A DNA stretch of 58,601 bases from an uncultured Clostridia bacterium (GCA_944391785.1 CALXUX010000084.1:1-58601), one strand, 5' to 3'. Shown: positions 46,532 to 56,641, counted from the first letter of the stretch. Numbers and translations: made by a program. Notes: a model not told the origin generated them from the letters alone.

Positions 46532-49099
46532 ATGTACGTATTTAATAGAATAATAGTCAATCCACAATTGCCAAAAAGAATAGCAAAACTAGGAACTATA
46601 GCAAATAATCTATGGTGGTCTTGGAACTCAGAATTTTTAAGATTATTCAAATCAATCGATCAGGATTTATGGGAAACTTGCGGAAAAAATCCTGTAAAAT
46701 TTCTAAAATTAGTTTCACAAGACAGGCTAGAGGCAGCGGCAAAAGATATAACATTTTTAAGAGAATATGATAGAGTAGTAGACAATTTTGAAAATTATAT
46801 GAACAGTAAAGTAACCTGGTTTTCAAGTGAATATCCAGAAAACAAAAAAGATTTAATAGCATATTTTTCAGCAGAATATGGTTTAGATGAAACTATGCCA
46901 ATATATTCAGGAGGTCTTGGGATTTTATCAGGAGACCACTTAAAATCAGCAAGCGATTTAGGAATACCATTAGTTGCGGTAGGGTTGCTATATAAAAATG
47001 GATATTTTCATCAAAAAATAAATGGAAATGGTATGCAAGAAACTGAGTATAAAGATATAGATTTATACGATTTACCAATAAATCCAGTAAAAGACGATAA
47101 AGGAGAAGACTTATATATATACATAAAATTTCCAAAAAGAAGAATATATCTTAAAGTATGGCAAGTAAATGTAGGAAGAGTAAAATTATATTTACTAGAC
47201 TCTGATATAGAAAAAAACAATCCAGAAGATAGAGATGTAACATTAAGACTTTATGGTGGAGACCAAGAAATGAGAATAAGGCAAGAAATAGTCCTTGGAA
47301 TGGGAGGAGTAAATCTTTTAACAAGAGCCTTAGGACTAAAGCCAACAGTATATCATATGAATGAAGGACATTCAGCGTTTTTGATATTAGAACTTATAAA
47401 AAATACTATAAAAGAGAAACAAGTATCATTTAATGTTGCAAAAGATATAGTAAGTTCCAAAACAGTATTTACAACACATACACCAGTACCAGCAGGAAAT
47501 GATATATTTCCAATATCTTTAGTAGAAAAATACTTCAAAGAATTTTGGCCAAGAATAAGTCTTACAAGAGAAGAATTTTTAAAAATGGGAATGAAACCAG
47601 CAAAAGACTTAGATACAGGCTTTAATATGGGAATATTAGCATTAAAAGTAGCAGGAAAGAAAAATGGTGTAAGTAAACTTCATGGAGCAGTATCAAGAGA
47701 ATTATTTAGTGAAGTATGGCCAGAAATTGCAGCAAATGAATCACCAATAGGACATGTAACAAATGGAATACATACTTGTTCATGGCTTGATCCAAATTTA
47801 AAAAAGCTATATAACAAATATTTAATTCCATATTGGCAAGATAATATAGAACAAGACTTTATATGGGAAAAAGTAAAAAATATACCAGACGAGAAATTGT
47901 GGCAAGTACACCAAGCAAGAAAAGAAAAACTGATTAGACTAATAAAAGAAAATACAACAGAAAGATTAAGAAGATCAGGATATAGTTATGAAGAAATAAA
48001 CTCAATAATATCAAAATTAAATGTAAATAATCTAATGATAGGTTTTGCAAGAAGATTTGCAACATATAAAAGAGCAACACTAATATTTAAAGATCTAGAA
48101 AGAATAACACAAATATTAAATAATAGTCAAAGACCAGTTCAACTAGTATTTGCAGGAAAAGCACATCCAGCAGATAAAGAAGGGCAAGATCTAATAAAAG
48201 CAATTCATGATATATCAATGATGCCACAATTTAAAGGTAAAATATTTTTACTAGAAAATTACAATATAGCAATGTCTAGATATTTAATAAGTGGTGTAGA
48301 TGTATGGCTAAACAACCCAAGAAGACCAATGGAAGCTTCAGGAACAAGTGGGCAAAAAGCATCTGTTAATGGAGTAATTAACTTTAGTGTGCTAGATGGT
48401 TGGTGGGCAGAAGGTTATAACCAAGAAAATGGTTGGACAATAGGTACAAATGCTGAATTCGATTCATATGATGCACAAGATATTGCAGATAGCCAAAGTA
48501 TGTATAGAACTTTAGAAGAGAAAATATTACCACTTTATTATGAAAAAGATAAAAATGGTTTATCAAAAAATTGGATTATGAAAATGAAAAATTCAATAAT
48601 TTCAACAGGAGGAAAATATAGTACATCAAGAATGCTTATAGACTATACAAATGATTACTATATGCCACTTATAAAATTAACTAAAAAATATTATGAAAAT
48701 GTAGATAATGTCGCAGAATTTAATAACTGGAAACAAGAATTATATGCAAATTGGAAAGATATAAAAATAACTCAAAAAAATAATCTAGATAATATAACAA
48801 TTGATGCAGGAAACAATATCGAAGTTACATGTGATGTAGAACTTCCTAATATTAATGTAGAAAATATAACAGCAGAGTGTTATTATGGCAAAATTTTAGA
48901 AAATGGAATAGTAGAAGATGTAAATATTACTCCTATGAAGCTTATAGAAGAAAATGAAGAAGAAAAAAAATATACATTTTCTGCAAAAATTGAGTTGAAA
49001 ACTGGTGGAAATTATGGATATACTTTTAGAGTAATGCCAAAACATGAAATGTTATTAGAACCTGCAAATTTAAATTTAGTAAAATGGATAACTAAATAG
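46532..49099 (+). CDS. glgP: Alpha-glucan phosphorylase (GT35, long bacterial form)
   Basis: 855 aa. GGLGILSGDHLKSASDLG, and the PLP-lysine region PMEASGTSGQKASVNG. Confidence 0.85.
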   Translation: MYVFNRIIVNPQLPKRIAKLGTIANNLWWSWNSEFLRLFKSIDQDLWETCGKNPVKFLKLVSQDRLEAAAKDITFLREYDRVVDNFENYMNSKVTWFSSEYPENKKDLIAYFSAEYGLDETMPIYSGGLGILSGDHLKSASDLGIPLVAVGLLYKNGYFHQKINGNGMQETEYKDIDLYDLPINPVKDDKGEDLYIYIKFPKRRIYLKVWQVNVGRVKLYLLDSDIEKNNPEDRDVTLRLYGGDQEMRIRQEIVLGMGGVNLLTRALGLKPTVYHMNEGHSAFLILELIKNTIKEKQVSFNVAKDIVSSKTVFTTHTPVPAGNDIFPISLVEKYFKEFWPRISLTREEFLKMGMKPAKDLDTGFNMGILALKVAGKKNGVSKLHGAVSRELFSEVWPEIAANESPIGHVTNGIHTCSWLDPNLKKLYNKYLIPYWQDNIEQDFIWEKVKNIPDEKLWQVHQARKEKLIRLIKENTTERLRRSGYSYEEINSIISKLNVNNLMIGFARRFATYKRATLIFKDLERITQILNNSQRPVQLVFAGKAHPADKEGQDLIKAIHDISMMPQFKGKIFLLENYNIAMSRYLISGVDVWLNNPRRPMEASGTSGQKASVNGVINFSVLDGWWAEGYNQENGWTIGTNAEFDSYDAQDIADSQSMYRTLEEKILPLYYEKDKNGLSKNWIMKMKNSIISTGGKYSTSRMLIDYTNDYYMPLIKLTKKYYENVDNVAEFNNWKQELYANWKDIKITQKNNLDNITIDAGNNIEVTCDVELPNINVENITAECYYGKILENGIVEDVNITPMKLIEENEEEKKYTFSAKIELKTGGNYGYTFRVMPKHEMLLEPANLNLVKWITK

Positions 49100-49160
49100 A
49101 ATTTATTTCATTTGCAAATAAATTTAAAAATTAAAACGTAAATTTTTCTATAAAAGAAGT

Positions 49161-49213
49161 TAAGATTAAAACTTTTTGTAAAATAAATTTATTTACAAAA
49201 AGTTTTAATCTTA
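49161..49213. terminator. Long bidirectional terminator hairpin
   Basis: TAAGATTAAAACTTTTTGTAAAATAAA pairs with TTTATTTACAAAAAGTTTTAATCTTA (one bulge). It lies between the convergent glgP and tmcAL genes. Confidence 0.75.
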
Positions 49214-49220
49214 GCTTAAG

Positions 49221-50450
49221 TTATTCTACTATTTTATGTGTAAAATCTAAATTACTCCAAGAATCTTCTTCATAACCTAGAGTATAGATATTGGTTGCAT
49301 AAATATCTTTTTTTAGTAAAATTTTATTATTTTTATTATTTGATATATCAATATATTTTTTAACAGATGTAATTATTTCAAGTTTTGGATTTGCTTTAGA
49401 AATTTCAGAAATTAAAAATTTTCCTTTATTGTTAAATCCCAAAACCCTAACATATGGAACTATTTTTTTTGAAATATCCATATCTTTTTTTGTAATATCC
49501 AAAAGACTGTATAACAGAATTCTTTGTAATCTAGTAGTTGTATATCTTTTACTTTTAACTATATTCAAAAACTCATTTATACTATTACAAGAATTAGCTG
49601 CATTTTTTATAGCATTTTCAAGGCCTTCAGATACATCAGGTAGATTTTGAATTTCTGATAATGACATTTTTCTTAAATTGTAAATTATTATTTTTTCAAA
49701 AGCTGAGATATCTGGAACAACATGTTTTGCTTTTAAATTATTAATTAAAATGCAAAAACTTTCATCAGGAAGTAATTTTCTAAGTATTGGCAGGTTATCA
49801 TTTTTTATTATATTTCTTATTGCAGTACTACTTGCAATATTTCCATCAATCTTATTACTATGATATTCAGATTCAAATCTTTCTATAGGGTATGGTGCAA
49901 TGTTACTATTATATTTTTTTAGAGCTTTAAGATATTCAATGCCTAGGATGTTATTTGGTGATAATAGTATATTAGTATATTTTCTAATATCATTTAAATA
50001 CATCATTAAAGCATTTTGCCTTGCTTTTGGAAAAGAAATTCCTTTTTTTAGTTCATGTTGAAGAATACTTTTATATTCTTTTGGTTCATTATAAAGAACA
50101 GATGCTATTTTATCTAATGCTTCAAAATCTTGGGTTTCGGTTCCAAATGAAAGGTAGTCTATAACTTTCATTGAGTTTAAAATTTTTACTGCACCGTCTG
50201 CAAAATTTTCAGCACTTGAAATTGCATAGACTAAAGGAAGTTCAATAACTAAATCAAACCCATTTTCTAAAGCCATTTTAGCTTTTGACCATTTATCTAT
50301 TATAGATGTATTACCACGTTGAGTAAAATTTCCACTTATAATTGCTACAGAATAATTTGAAAATGTATCTTTTTTTGCTTTTTGCAGATGATATAAGTGA
50401 CCATTATGAAAAGGGTTATATTCAGCAATAATGCCTAGAACTTTGCTCAT
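49221..50450 (-). CDS. tmcAL: tRNA(Met) cytidine acetate ligase (YlbM/UPF0348 nucleotidyltransferase)
   Basis: MSKVLGIIAEYNPFHNGHLYHLQKAK..., 409 aa. Confidence 0.85.
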   Translation of the reverse strand: MSKVLGIIAEYNPFHNGHLYHLQKAKKDTFSNYSVAIISGNFTQRGNTSIIDKWSKAKMALENGFDLVIELPLVYAISSAENFADGAVKILNSMKVIDYLSFGTETQDFEALDKIASVLYNEPKEYKSILQHELKKGISFPKARQNALMMYLNDIRKYTNILLSPNNILGIEYLKALKKYNSNIAPYPIERFESEYHSNKIDGNIASSTAIRNIIKNDNLPILRKLLPDESFCILINNLKAKHVVPDISAFEKIIIYNLRKMSLSEIQNLPDVSEGLENAIKNAANSCNSINEFLNIVKSKRYTTTRLQRILLYSLLDITKKDMDISKKIVPYVRVLGFNNKGKFLISEISKANPKLEIITSVKKYIDISNNKNNKILLKKDIYATNIYTLGYEEDSWSNLDFTHKIVE

Positions 50451-50670
50451 ATTTTGTGCCTCCTTGGAATTTTATATTTTTTGTTTGATAGGAAAAATCG
50501 ACTTTTATCTTGAGCTTCTTGTGTGGATTTTTTTGTATATAATAAGAAAAGTGTCCTTTAAAAAGAACTGAGTAAGTTTTGATTATGTAGCTTTGCTACT
50601 TTTTTTATGGAAATAGTATATCATAAAATATTGAATTTAGATAGTATTTTTATTTAAAATGATTGGTTAT

Positions 50671-50978
50671 AATTTGCGGCTAGTTACAATTTACGGCTAA
50701 AATGAACCGCGTCAAGTGGAGATTATATAAATAATTTTAAAATATAAATGGCTCCTTGCATAACATAAGAACTTCTAAGTAAAATTTTTGGCACCCTTTC
50801 TGCATAATTTTCTCGGGCGAAAATTTGCGAACTATTTCCAAAAATTTTACCTAAGAAGTTCTAATGTTATTCCAGTCACACATTTATATTTTAAAATTAT
50901 TTATATAATCTCCACTTGACGCTTCTCTACAAATTGGTATGAGTTGTGATTTGTAGCTATGGCTAAAATTAATCGCAC
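50671..50978. repeat. Palindrome element copy C: duplicated left motif, 214-bp nested near-perfect palindrome (50709-50922), GCTTCTCTACA, then a repeat of the left motif
   Basis: Outer arms 50709-50750 and 50881-50922 are perfectly complementary (42 bp). Inner arms 50760-50791 and 50838-50870 have one bulge and one mismatch. ACGGCTAAAATGAACCGC (50693) matches ATGGCTAAAATTAATCGC (50959) at 15 of 18 positions. Confidence 0.85.
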
Positions 50979-51070
50979 TAAGTGAAAGTAATATAAATAG
51001 CTGATTTTTAGTAAAATAATATATTATTTACTTGTTATTTTTATTCAATATTGATATAATAAACCAAATA

Positions 51071-51146
51071 ATGAAAGGAGAAAAAGATATTAATATAATA
51101 TCAAAAAAATGAAAGGAGAAAAAGATATTAATATAATATCAAGAAA
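51071..51146 (+). repeat. Two 38-bp tandem copies echoing the rnhA 5' end, each a 13-codon mini-ORF
   Basis: ATGAAAGGAGAAAAAGATATTAATATAATATCAA(A/G)AAA occurs twice. The ATGs at 51071, 51109 and 51147 are linked by ATGA stop/start overlaps. Confidence 0.9.
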
Positions 51147-51587
51147 ATGAAAATGGAAAAAATTATTATATATACAGATGGAGCATGTTCAGGAAACCCA
51201 GGTCCAGGAGGGTGGGGAGTAATTTTAATGTATAAAGAAAACAAAAAAGAAATATCTGGAGGAAAAAAAAATACTACAAATAACGAAATGGAACTTACTG
51301 CTGCACTTATGGGATTAAAACAACTTAAATATCCATGTGAAGTAGAATTATATAGTGACAGTGCCTATTTAGTAAACGGATTTGAAAAAGGCTGGATATA
51401 TAACTGGCAAAGAAATAACTGGAAAACAGCAAGCAAAGAGCCAGTAAAAAACAAAGAAATTTGGGAAGAAATTTATAAATTAACAAAACTTCACAAAGTA
51501 AAATTTATAAAAGTAAAAGGTCATAGTGATAATGAATATAATAATAGGTGTGACGAGTTAGCAAGGCTTGCAATTAATGAATTATAA
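51147..51587 (+). CDS. rnhA: Ribonuclease HI
   Basis: [22 protein letters not shown]...NNEMELTA...SDSAYL...[16 protein letters not shown]. Confidence 0.9.
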   Translation: MKMEKIIIYTDGACSGNPGPGGWGVILMYKENKKEISGGKKNTTNNEMELTAALMGLKQLKYPCEVELYSDSAYLVNGFEKGWIYNWQRNNWKTASKEPVKNKEIWEEIYKLTKLHKVKFIKVKGHSDNEYNNRCDELARLAINEL

Positions 51588-51715
51588 AATAAGGAAATTT
51601 AAAATTTATTTAAGTTTTTATTATGAAAAATATATTAATATTAATTTAATATTAAATTATTGACAAAAAAAATAAATATTTTTATAATGTAAAAAATACT
51701 CTAAGGAGGAATAAA

Positions 51716-52489
51716 ATGGAAACATTTGCAGATTATATATTAGGTGAAAAAGAGTTATCAGCAAAACTTGAGATAACATATTATTTAGCCAGAAAAAGAA
51801 AAATATTTTTTGACAAATCAATAGTATTCAAAACAGAGTTAGCAAGAATATTTTTAAATTACTTAGAAGCAGACCTAGACAAGAATTTAATTTTAACAGC
51901 TTGTCTTTTATGTAATTGCAAAAAAGTAGAATTAGCTCAAAACTTAGAAAAAATAAAATCATATGCAAAAGACGGAGCAGAATATTTATTTTCAATAGGC
52001 TTTGATAAAAGATTTTGCAAAATATGTGAAGAAGTTAATAGATATAGTAACAGTAATCCCAGAGAAAAAGAAAGTGATATATTAGAACTTGTAGACCAAT
52101 TCGGAGGAATGTTATTAGACAGGCCAGAAAGAATAGGAATGGATCCAGAAGAAGCACTAGTTTTACTACAATATAGAAATTTAAAAGACAAATTTAATAG
52201 ATATTTAGAATCATTTATTGAATTTATAAACGATTTACAAAAAATAAAATATCAAGATAAAGTAGAAGTAACTCCACTAAAAGAATTAGTAAATTTATAC
52301 AATCAATCAGAAGATGAAAAAAGATTTATAACAGCACTAGTTTATGAATTTCAGCCAAATATAGATGAATTATTAGAAAAAAAATTAGGCAAAAACTCAA
52401 ATGTTCTTGCAAGAGGTAATCCAAATAGAGCACTATTTAGCGAAGAAACCACAAGAAAAGTTATGAATAGATTAAACTTAGATGATTAA
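51716..52489 (+). CDS. Hypothetical protein
   Basis: 257-aa ORF with RBS AAGGAGG. No motif recognised with confidence. Confidence 0.55.
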   Translation: METFADYILGEKELSAKLEITYYLARKRKIFFDKSIVFKTELARIFLNYLEADLDKNLILTACLLCNCKKVELAQNLEKIKSYAKDGAEYLFSIGFDKRFCKICEEVNRYSNSNPREKESDILELVDQFGGMLLDRPERIGMDPEEALVLLQYRNLKDKFNRYLESFIEFINDLQKIKYQDKVEVTPLKELVNLYNQSEDEKRFITALVYEFQPNIDELLEKKLGKNSNVLARGNPNRALFSEETTRKVMNRLNLDD

Positions 52490-52548
52490 TAAAATATAAA
52501 CCTAGATGATTAATAAAATATAAACTTAGATGATTAATAAAGTATAAA
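52477..52548 (+). repeat. Three 24-bp tandem copies echoing the 3' end and stop codon of the preceding gene
   Basis: CTTAGATGATTAATAAAATATAAA, CCTAGATGATTAATAAAATATAAA and CTTAGATGATTAATAAAGTATAAA. Confidence 0.9.
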
Positions 52549-52581
52549 AACAAAATAAAAATCAAAGAGAGGAAGTAAAAA

Positions 52582-53769
52582 ATGTACGAAATATTTGCAG
52601 ATATGCATGTTCATATAGGAAGAGCAGAAAACGGAAAACCAGTAAAAATAACAGCAGCCAAAACACTAAATTTTGCAAACATAGCAAAAGAATGTGCAGA
52701 CAGAAAAGGAATACAAGTAGTAGGAATTATAGATTGTGCATCACCATATGTAATAGAAGACATAGAAAAATTTTTAAAAACAGGAGAAGCATATGAATTA
52801 AAAGATGGTGGAATAATATATAAAAACAAAGTATGTATATTATTAGGAAGTGAAGTAGAAACATCAGAAAAAGCACGAAATGGAAAAAAAGGAAGTGCAC
52901 ATAACTTGTGTTTTTTTCCATTTTTAAAAGACATAAAAGAATTTTCAAAAGAAATGAGTAAACACATAAAAAACATAACACTAAGTACCCAAAGATCAGA
53001 CCTATCAGGATATGACCTAATAGACATAGTAGAAAAATATAATGGAATACTAATACCAGCACACATATTTACACCATTCAAAAGTTACTATGGAAACTGC
53101 ACAGATAGAATAGAAAATATATTCAAAGAAAAATACAAAAAAATATTTGCAGTAGAACTAGGTCTAAGCTCAGACACTTACTTAGCAGACACAATAAAAG
53201 AACTAGAACCAAAAACATTTGTAACAAACTCAGATGCACACTCACTACCTAAAATTGCAAGAGAATACAATAAAATGTTAGTAAAAGATATATCATTCAA
53301 AGAAATAGTAAAAGCACTAAAAAACGAAGACGGAAGAAAAGTGCTATGCAACTACGGATTAGATCCTAAACTTGGCAAATACCACAGAACATACTGTGAC
53401 AACTGCAACACCGTAATAGAAACAAAAGAACCAGTAGAAAAATGCCCAAACTGTGGAAGCACAAATGTAACATTTGGAGTATTTGACAGAATAGAACTAA
53501 TAAAAGACAAAAAAGAACGCCAAAGCCCTGAAAACAGGCCACCATACATATATCAGATACCACTAGGATTTATCCCAGGAGTAGGAAACAAAACCATAGA
53601 AAAATTACTAAGCACATTTGAAACAGAAATGAACATAATACACAAACTATCAAAAGACGACATAGAAGCAGTAGCAGGCGAAAAAATCGCAGAAGCCATA
53701 GAAAACGCACGAACCGGAAAATGCCAAATCCACTCAGGAGGAGGAGGAAATTACGGCAAAATAGGTTAA
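52582..53769 (+). CDS. PHP-like metal-dependent nuclease with an internal Zn ribbon (Endonuclease Q-like)
   Basis: N-terminus FADMHVHIGRAENGKPVKITAAK. Zn ribbon CDNCNTVIETKEPVEKCPNCG. C-terminal helix-hairpin-helix-like segment IPGVGNKTIEKLL. Confidence 0.6.
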   Translation: MYEIFADMHVHIGRAENGKPVKITAAKTLNFANIAKECADRKGIQVVGIIDCASPYVIEDIEKFLKTGEAYELKDGGIIYKNKVCILLGSEVETSEKARNGKKGSAHNLCFFPFLKDIKEFSKEMSKHIKNITLSTQRSDLSGYDLIDIVEKYNGILIPAHIFTPFKSYYGNCTDRIENIFKEKYKKIFAVELGLSSDTYLADTIKELEPKTFVTNSDAHSLPKIAREYNKMLVKDISFKEIVKALKNEDGRKVLCNYGLDPKLGKYHRTYCDNCNTVIETKEPVEKCPNCGSTNVTFGVFDRIELIKDKKERQSPENRPPYIYQIPLGFIPGVGNKTIEKLLSTFETEMNIIHKLSKDDIEAVAGEKIAEAIENARTGKCQIHSGGGGNYGKIG

Positions 53770-53867
53770 CTATGGTCAATGATGACCAGGTCACGATTAA
53801 CAAAAAATGGTCAATGATGACCAGGTCACAATTAACCAAAAATGGTCAAGAGGTACCTGAATGACCA
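53764..53867. repeat. Tandem array (35-bp period) of three GGTCA/TGACC palindromic repeats, the last one degenerate
   Basis: TGGTCAATGATGACCAGGTCACGATTAAC (53773), TGGTCAATGATGACCAGGTCACAATTAACCA (53808) and TGGTCAAGAGGTACCTGAATGACCA (53843). Confidence 0.9.
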
Positions 53868-53948
53868 AAATTATAGTTCTAAAAAACTCCTTTTAAGAAT
53901 ACACATTATTTAGAAAGACAAACATTTAAGTTAAGGAGTTTTTTTAAT

Positions 53949-54593
53949 ATGCATAAGAATGGACGAATGAAGATAAAAGAAACAATTAAAGAGCACATAA
54001 TTAATAACAAAAAGGAATATATCATAGTTACTCTTATATTTATAATAGGTATTTTTATTGGAGTAATGTTTATTAATAATACCAAAGATGCAGAGTATGA
54101 TACTTTAAAAAATTATATTGTAGATTTTATGAATAAATTTGAAAGTATACGAAATTTGGACAATTTGCAATTGTTAAGAGAAAGTATTTTTAATAATATA
54201 ATACTTGCTTGTTTAATATGGTTTTTTGGAACGACTGTTATTGGAATTCCTGTTGTGTTTGGTATTGTTTTATATAGAGGATTTTGTCTTGGATATACAA
54301 TATCTAGTTTTATTAGTGTTTTAGGTATTTCTAAAGGATTAGGCTTTATTTTCTCTAGTTTATTTTTACAAAATATATTATTTATTCCAGCGATAATTGC
54401 AATTGCTGTAAGCGGATTTAAATTATATAAGTCAATTACTAAAGATAGGAGAAAAGATAATATAAAGTTAGAAATAGTAAGACATATAATTTTTTCATTA
54501 TTAATGTTAATAGTGTTATGCTTTTCATCAGTAATAGAAATATTCATATCAAATAATATACTAAAAAGTTTAATAAAATATTTTCTTATATAA
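53949..54593 (+). CDS. spoIIM: Stage II sporulation protein M
   Basis: 214 aa, polytopic membrane protein with an N-terminus and topology typical of SpoIIM. AAGGAG lies 10 nt upstream. xerD lies downstream. Confidence 0.7.
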   Translation: MHKNGRMKIKETIKEHIINNKKEYIIVTLIFIIGIFIGVMFINNTKDAEYDTLKNYIVDFMNKFESIRNLDNLQLLRESIFNNIILACLIWFFGTTVIGIPVVFGIVLYRGFCLGYTISSFISVLGISKGLGFIFSSLFLQNILFIPAIIAIAVSGFKLYKSITKDRRKDNIKLEIVRHIIFSLLMLIVLCFSSVIEIFISNNILKSLIKYFLI

Positions 54594-54690
54594 AATTTCA
54601 AAAAACTATTTACAATTTTAAGATAGTTTGATATAACATATACAGGTTATGTAAATATTATATTAATTTAATAGAGGTAGGGGAAAAATA

Positions 54691-55572
54691 ATGGAAAAAC
54701 AATTAAAACTTTTTTTTGCATTTCTAGAGGAAGAAAGAAAACTATCTAGTAATACATTGCAATCATACAAAAGAGACTTAAAACAATTCAGACAATTTCT
54801 AGAATATAAAGGAGTCCATTACAACAAAGTAGATGAAAATGTTATGAAAGAATACATAAAAGAACTAGAAGACGAAGGAAAAAAACCATCTACAATATCA
54901 AGATGTATAGCATCAATAAGATCATTTTACCAATACTCAATAAGAAAAGGAAAAGTAAAAAAAGACCCAACAGAAAATATACAATCTCCTAAAATAGAAA
55001 AAAGAGTACCAAGTGTATTAACATCTAAAGAAGTAGAATTATTATTAGAACAACCAAAAGATGTAGACCTAAAAGGAAAAAGAGATAAAGCAATGCTAGA
55101 ATTTGCATACGCAACAGGAATGAGAGTTACAGAAATCATATCACTAGATATAGACGATGTAAACTTAGAAGAAGGATATGTAACTTGCCACCATGCAGGA
55201 AAACAAAGAAACATACCACTTGGAAAAATGTGCATAAAAGCATTAAAAGAATATATAGAAGAAGCAAGAGGACTACTAATAAGATACGAAGACGAAAAAG
55301 CTTTATTTGTAAATATAAACGGAAGAAGACTTACAAGACAAGGATTTTGGAAAATTATAAAATACTATAAAGAACAAGCACATATTGCAAAAGACATAAC
55401 ACCACATGTATTAAGACATTCATTTGCAACACATCTTTTACAAAATGGAGCAGATATAAAAGCAATACAAGTAATGCTTGGACATTCAGATATATCTTCA
55501 ACACAAGTATATATGCAATTTCAAGATCAAGAAATAAAAAACGCATATAAAAAAGCTCATCCAAGAGCATAA
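54691..55572 (+). CDS. xerD: Tyrosine recombinase XerD
   Basis: FLEEERKLSSNTLQSYKRDL, ATGMRVTE, HVLRHSFATHLL, LGHSDISSTQVY. Confidence 0.85.
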   Translation: MEKQLKLFFAFLEEERKLSSNTLQSYKRDLKQFRQFLEYKGVHYNKVDENVMKEYIKELEDEGKKPSTISRCIASIRSFYQYSIRKGKVKKDPTENIQSPKIEKRVPSVLTSKEVELLLEQPKDVDLKGKRDKAMLEFAYATGMRVTEIISLDIDDVNLEEGYVTCHHAGKQRNIPLGKMCIKALKEYIEEARGLLIRYEDEKALFVNINGRRLTRQGFWKIIKYYKEQAHIAKDITPHVLRHSFATHLLQNGADIKAIQVMLGHSDISSTQVYMQFQDQEIKNAYKKAHPRA

Positions 55573-55723
55573 GATATAAAAGCAGAAAAAGAAGAGAATA
55601 TTATCTCTTTTTTTCTTGTTACTGTAAACCATAAAAAGGTAATAAAAGTACAAAAAATAAAATATGGAAAAAATATAAATTATTATTTTCCATCAAATAA
55701 GTATTGCGAAAGGAAAATAAACC

Positions 55724-56641
55724 ATGAAAAAAATAGTAACAATACTATTAGTTATAATATTATTTTTATTATTAACAACAATATCTATATTATCATATTA
55801 TCTAATAGTTACAATAGAAGCTACTATACCTAAAAATAATATAAGTGAATGTAATATAGAAGAAAAGACATTTCAAAATAGGAAAGTATTTGTAATGACA
55901 AAAAAAGCTGAGCAAAATGACAAAATAAACTCAAGGAATACTTTATCTAGCAGTAAATACATATTATATCTACATGGAGGCTCATATGTAGGTGAACCTG
56001 AAGAAGAACACTGGCAATTTTTACAAGACATAGTAGTAGATACATTAGCAACAGTAATTATGCCAGATTATCCATTAGCACCAAAATACACATATAAAGA
56101 TGTATTCCAAATGATACAACCTTTATATGAAGAAATAATAAAAAAAGTAAATCCAGAAAATATAATATTAATGGGAGATTCAGCAGGAGGAGGTATGGCA
56201 TTAGCCTTAGAACAGAAACTATCAGAAGAAAATGTAACATTGCCAGAAAAGCTAATTTTAATATCTCCATGGCTTGATGTAACAATGGAAAATAATAAAA
56301 TAGAAGAAGTTCAAAAAAAAGATGAAGATTTAAATAAAGACACTTTAAAGCTTGCAGGAAAGTTATATGCAGGAAATGACGGAATGGATAGTTATTTAGT
56401 AAATCCAATAAATGGACCATTAGAAAAATTAAAAAATGTAACAATTTACACAGGCACAAATGATATATTAAACCCAGATGTTCATATACTAATAGAAAAA
56501 GCAAAAGCCAAAAATGTCAACATAAACTTAAAAGAATATGAAGGAGCAGGGCATATATGGATTGTTAGAAAAGATAAAAATCCCTCAGAGCTTGCAAAAA
56601 AAGCTTATGAAGATTTATTAAAAACTATTGACAATACGTAA
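55724..56641 (+). CDS. Alpha/beta hydrolase (HGG-type esterase/lipase) with an N-terminal membrane anchor
   Basis: LHGGSYV oxyanion motif, nucleophile elbow GDSAGG, and C-terminal GAGHIW. Confidence 0.75.
   Translation: MKKIVTILLVIILFLLLTTISILSYYLIVTIEATIPKNNISECNIEEKTFQNRKVFVMTKKAEQNDKINSRNTLSSSKYILYLHGGSYVGEPEEEHWQFLQDIVVDTLATVIMPDYPLAPKYTYKDVFQMIQPLYEEIIKKVNPENIILMGDSAGGGMALALEQKLSEENVTLPEKLILISPWLDVTMENNKIEEVQKKDEDLNKDTLKLAGKLYAGNDGMDSYLVNPINGPLEKLKNVTIYTGTNDILNPDVHILIEKAKAKNVNINLKEYEGAGHIWIVRKDKNPSELAKKAYEDLLKTIDNT

Noticed and set aside
54691-55572. The tyrosine recombinase as a phage or ICE integrase marking a mobile element
   Set aside because: Its sequence motifs and length are those of XerD. 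It sits next to spoIIM in a housekeeping context, with no phage or conjugation genes or att-like repeats around it.
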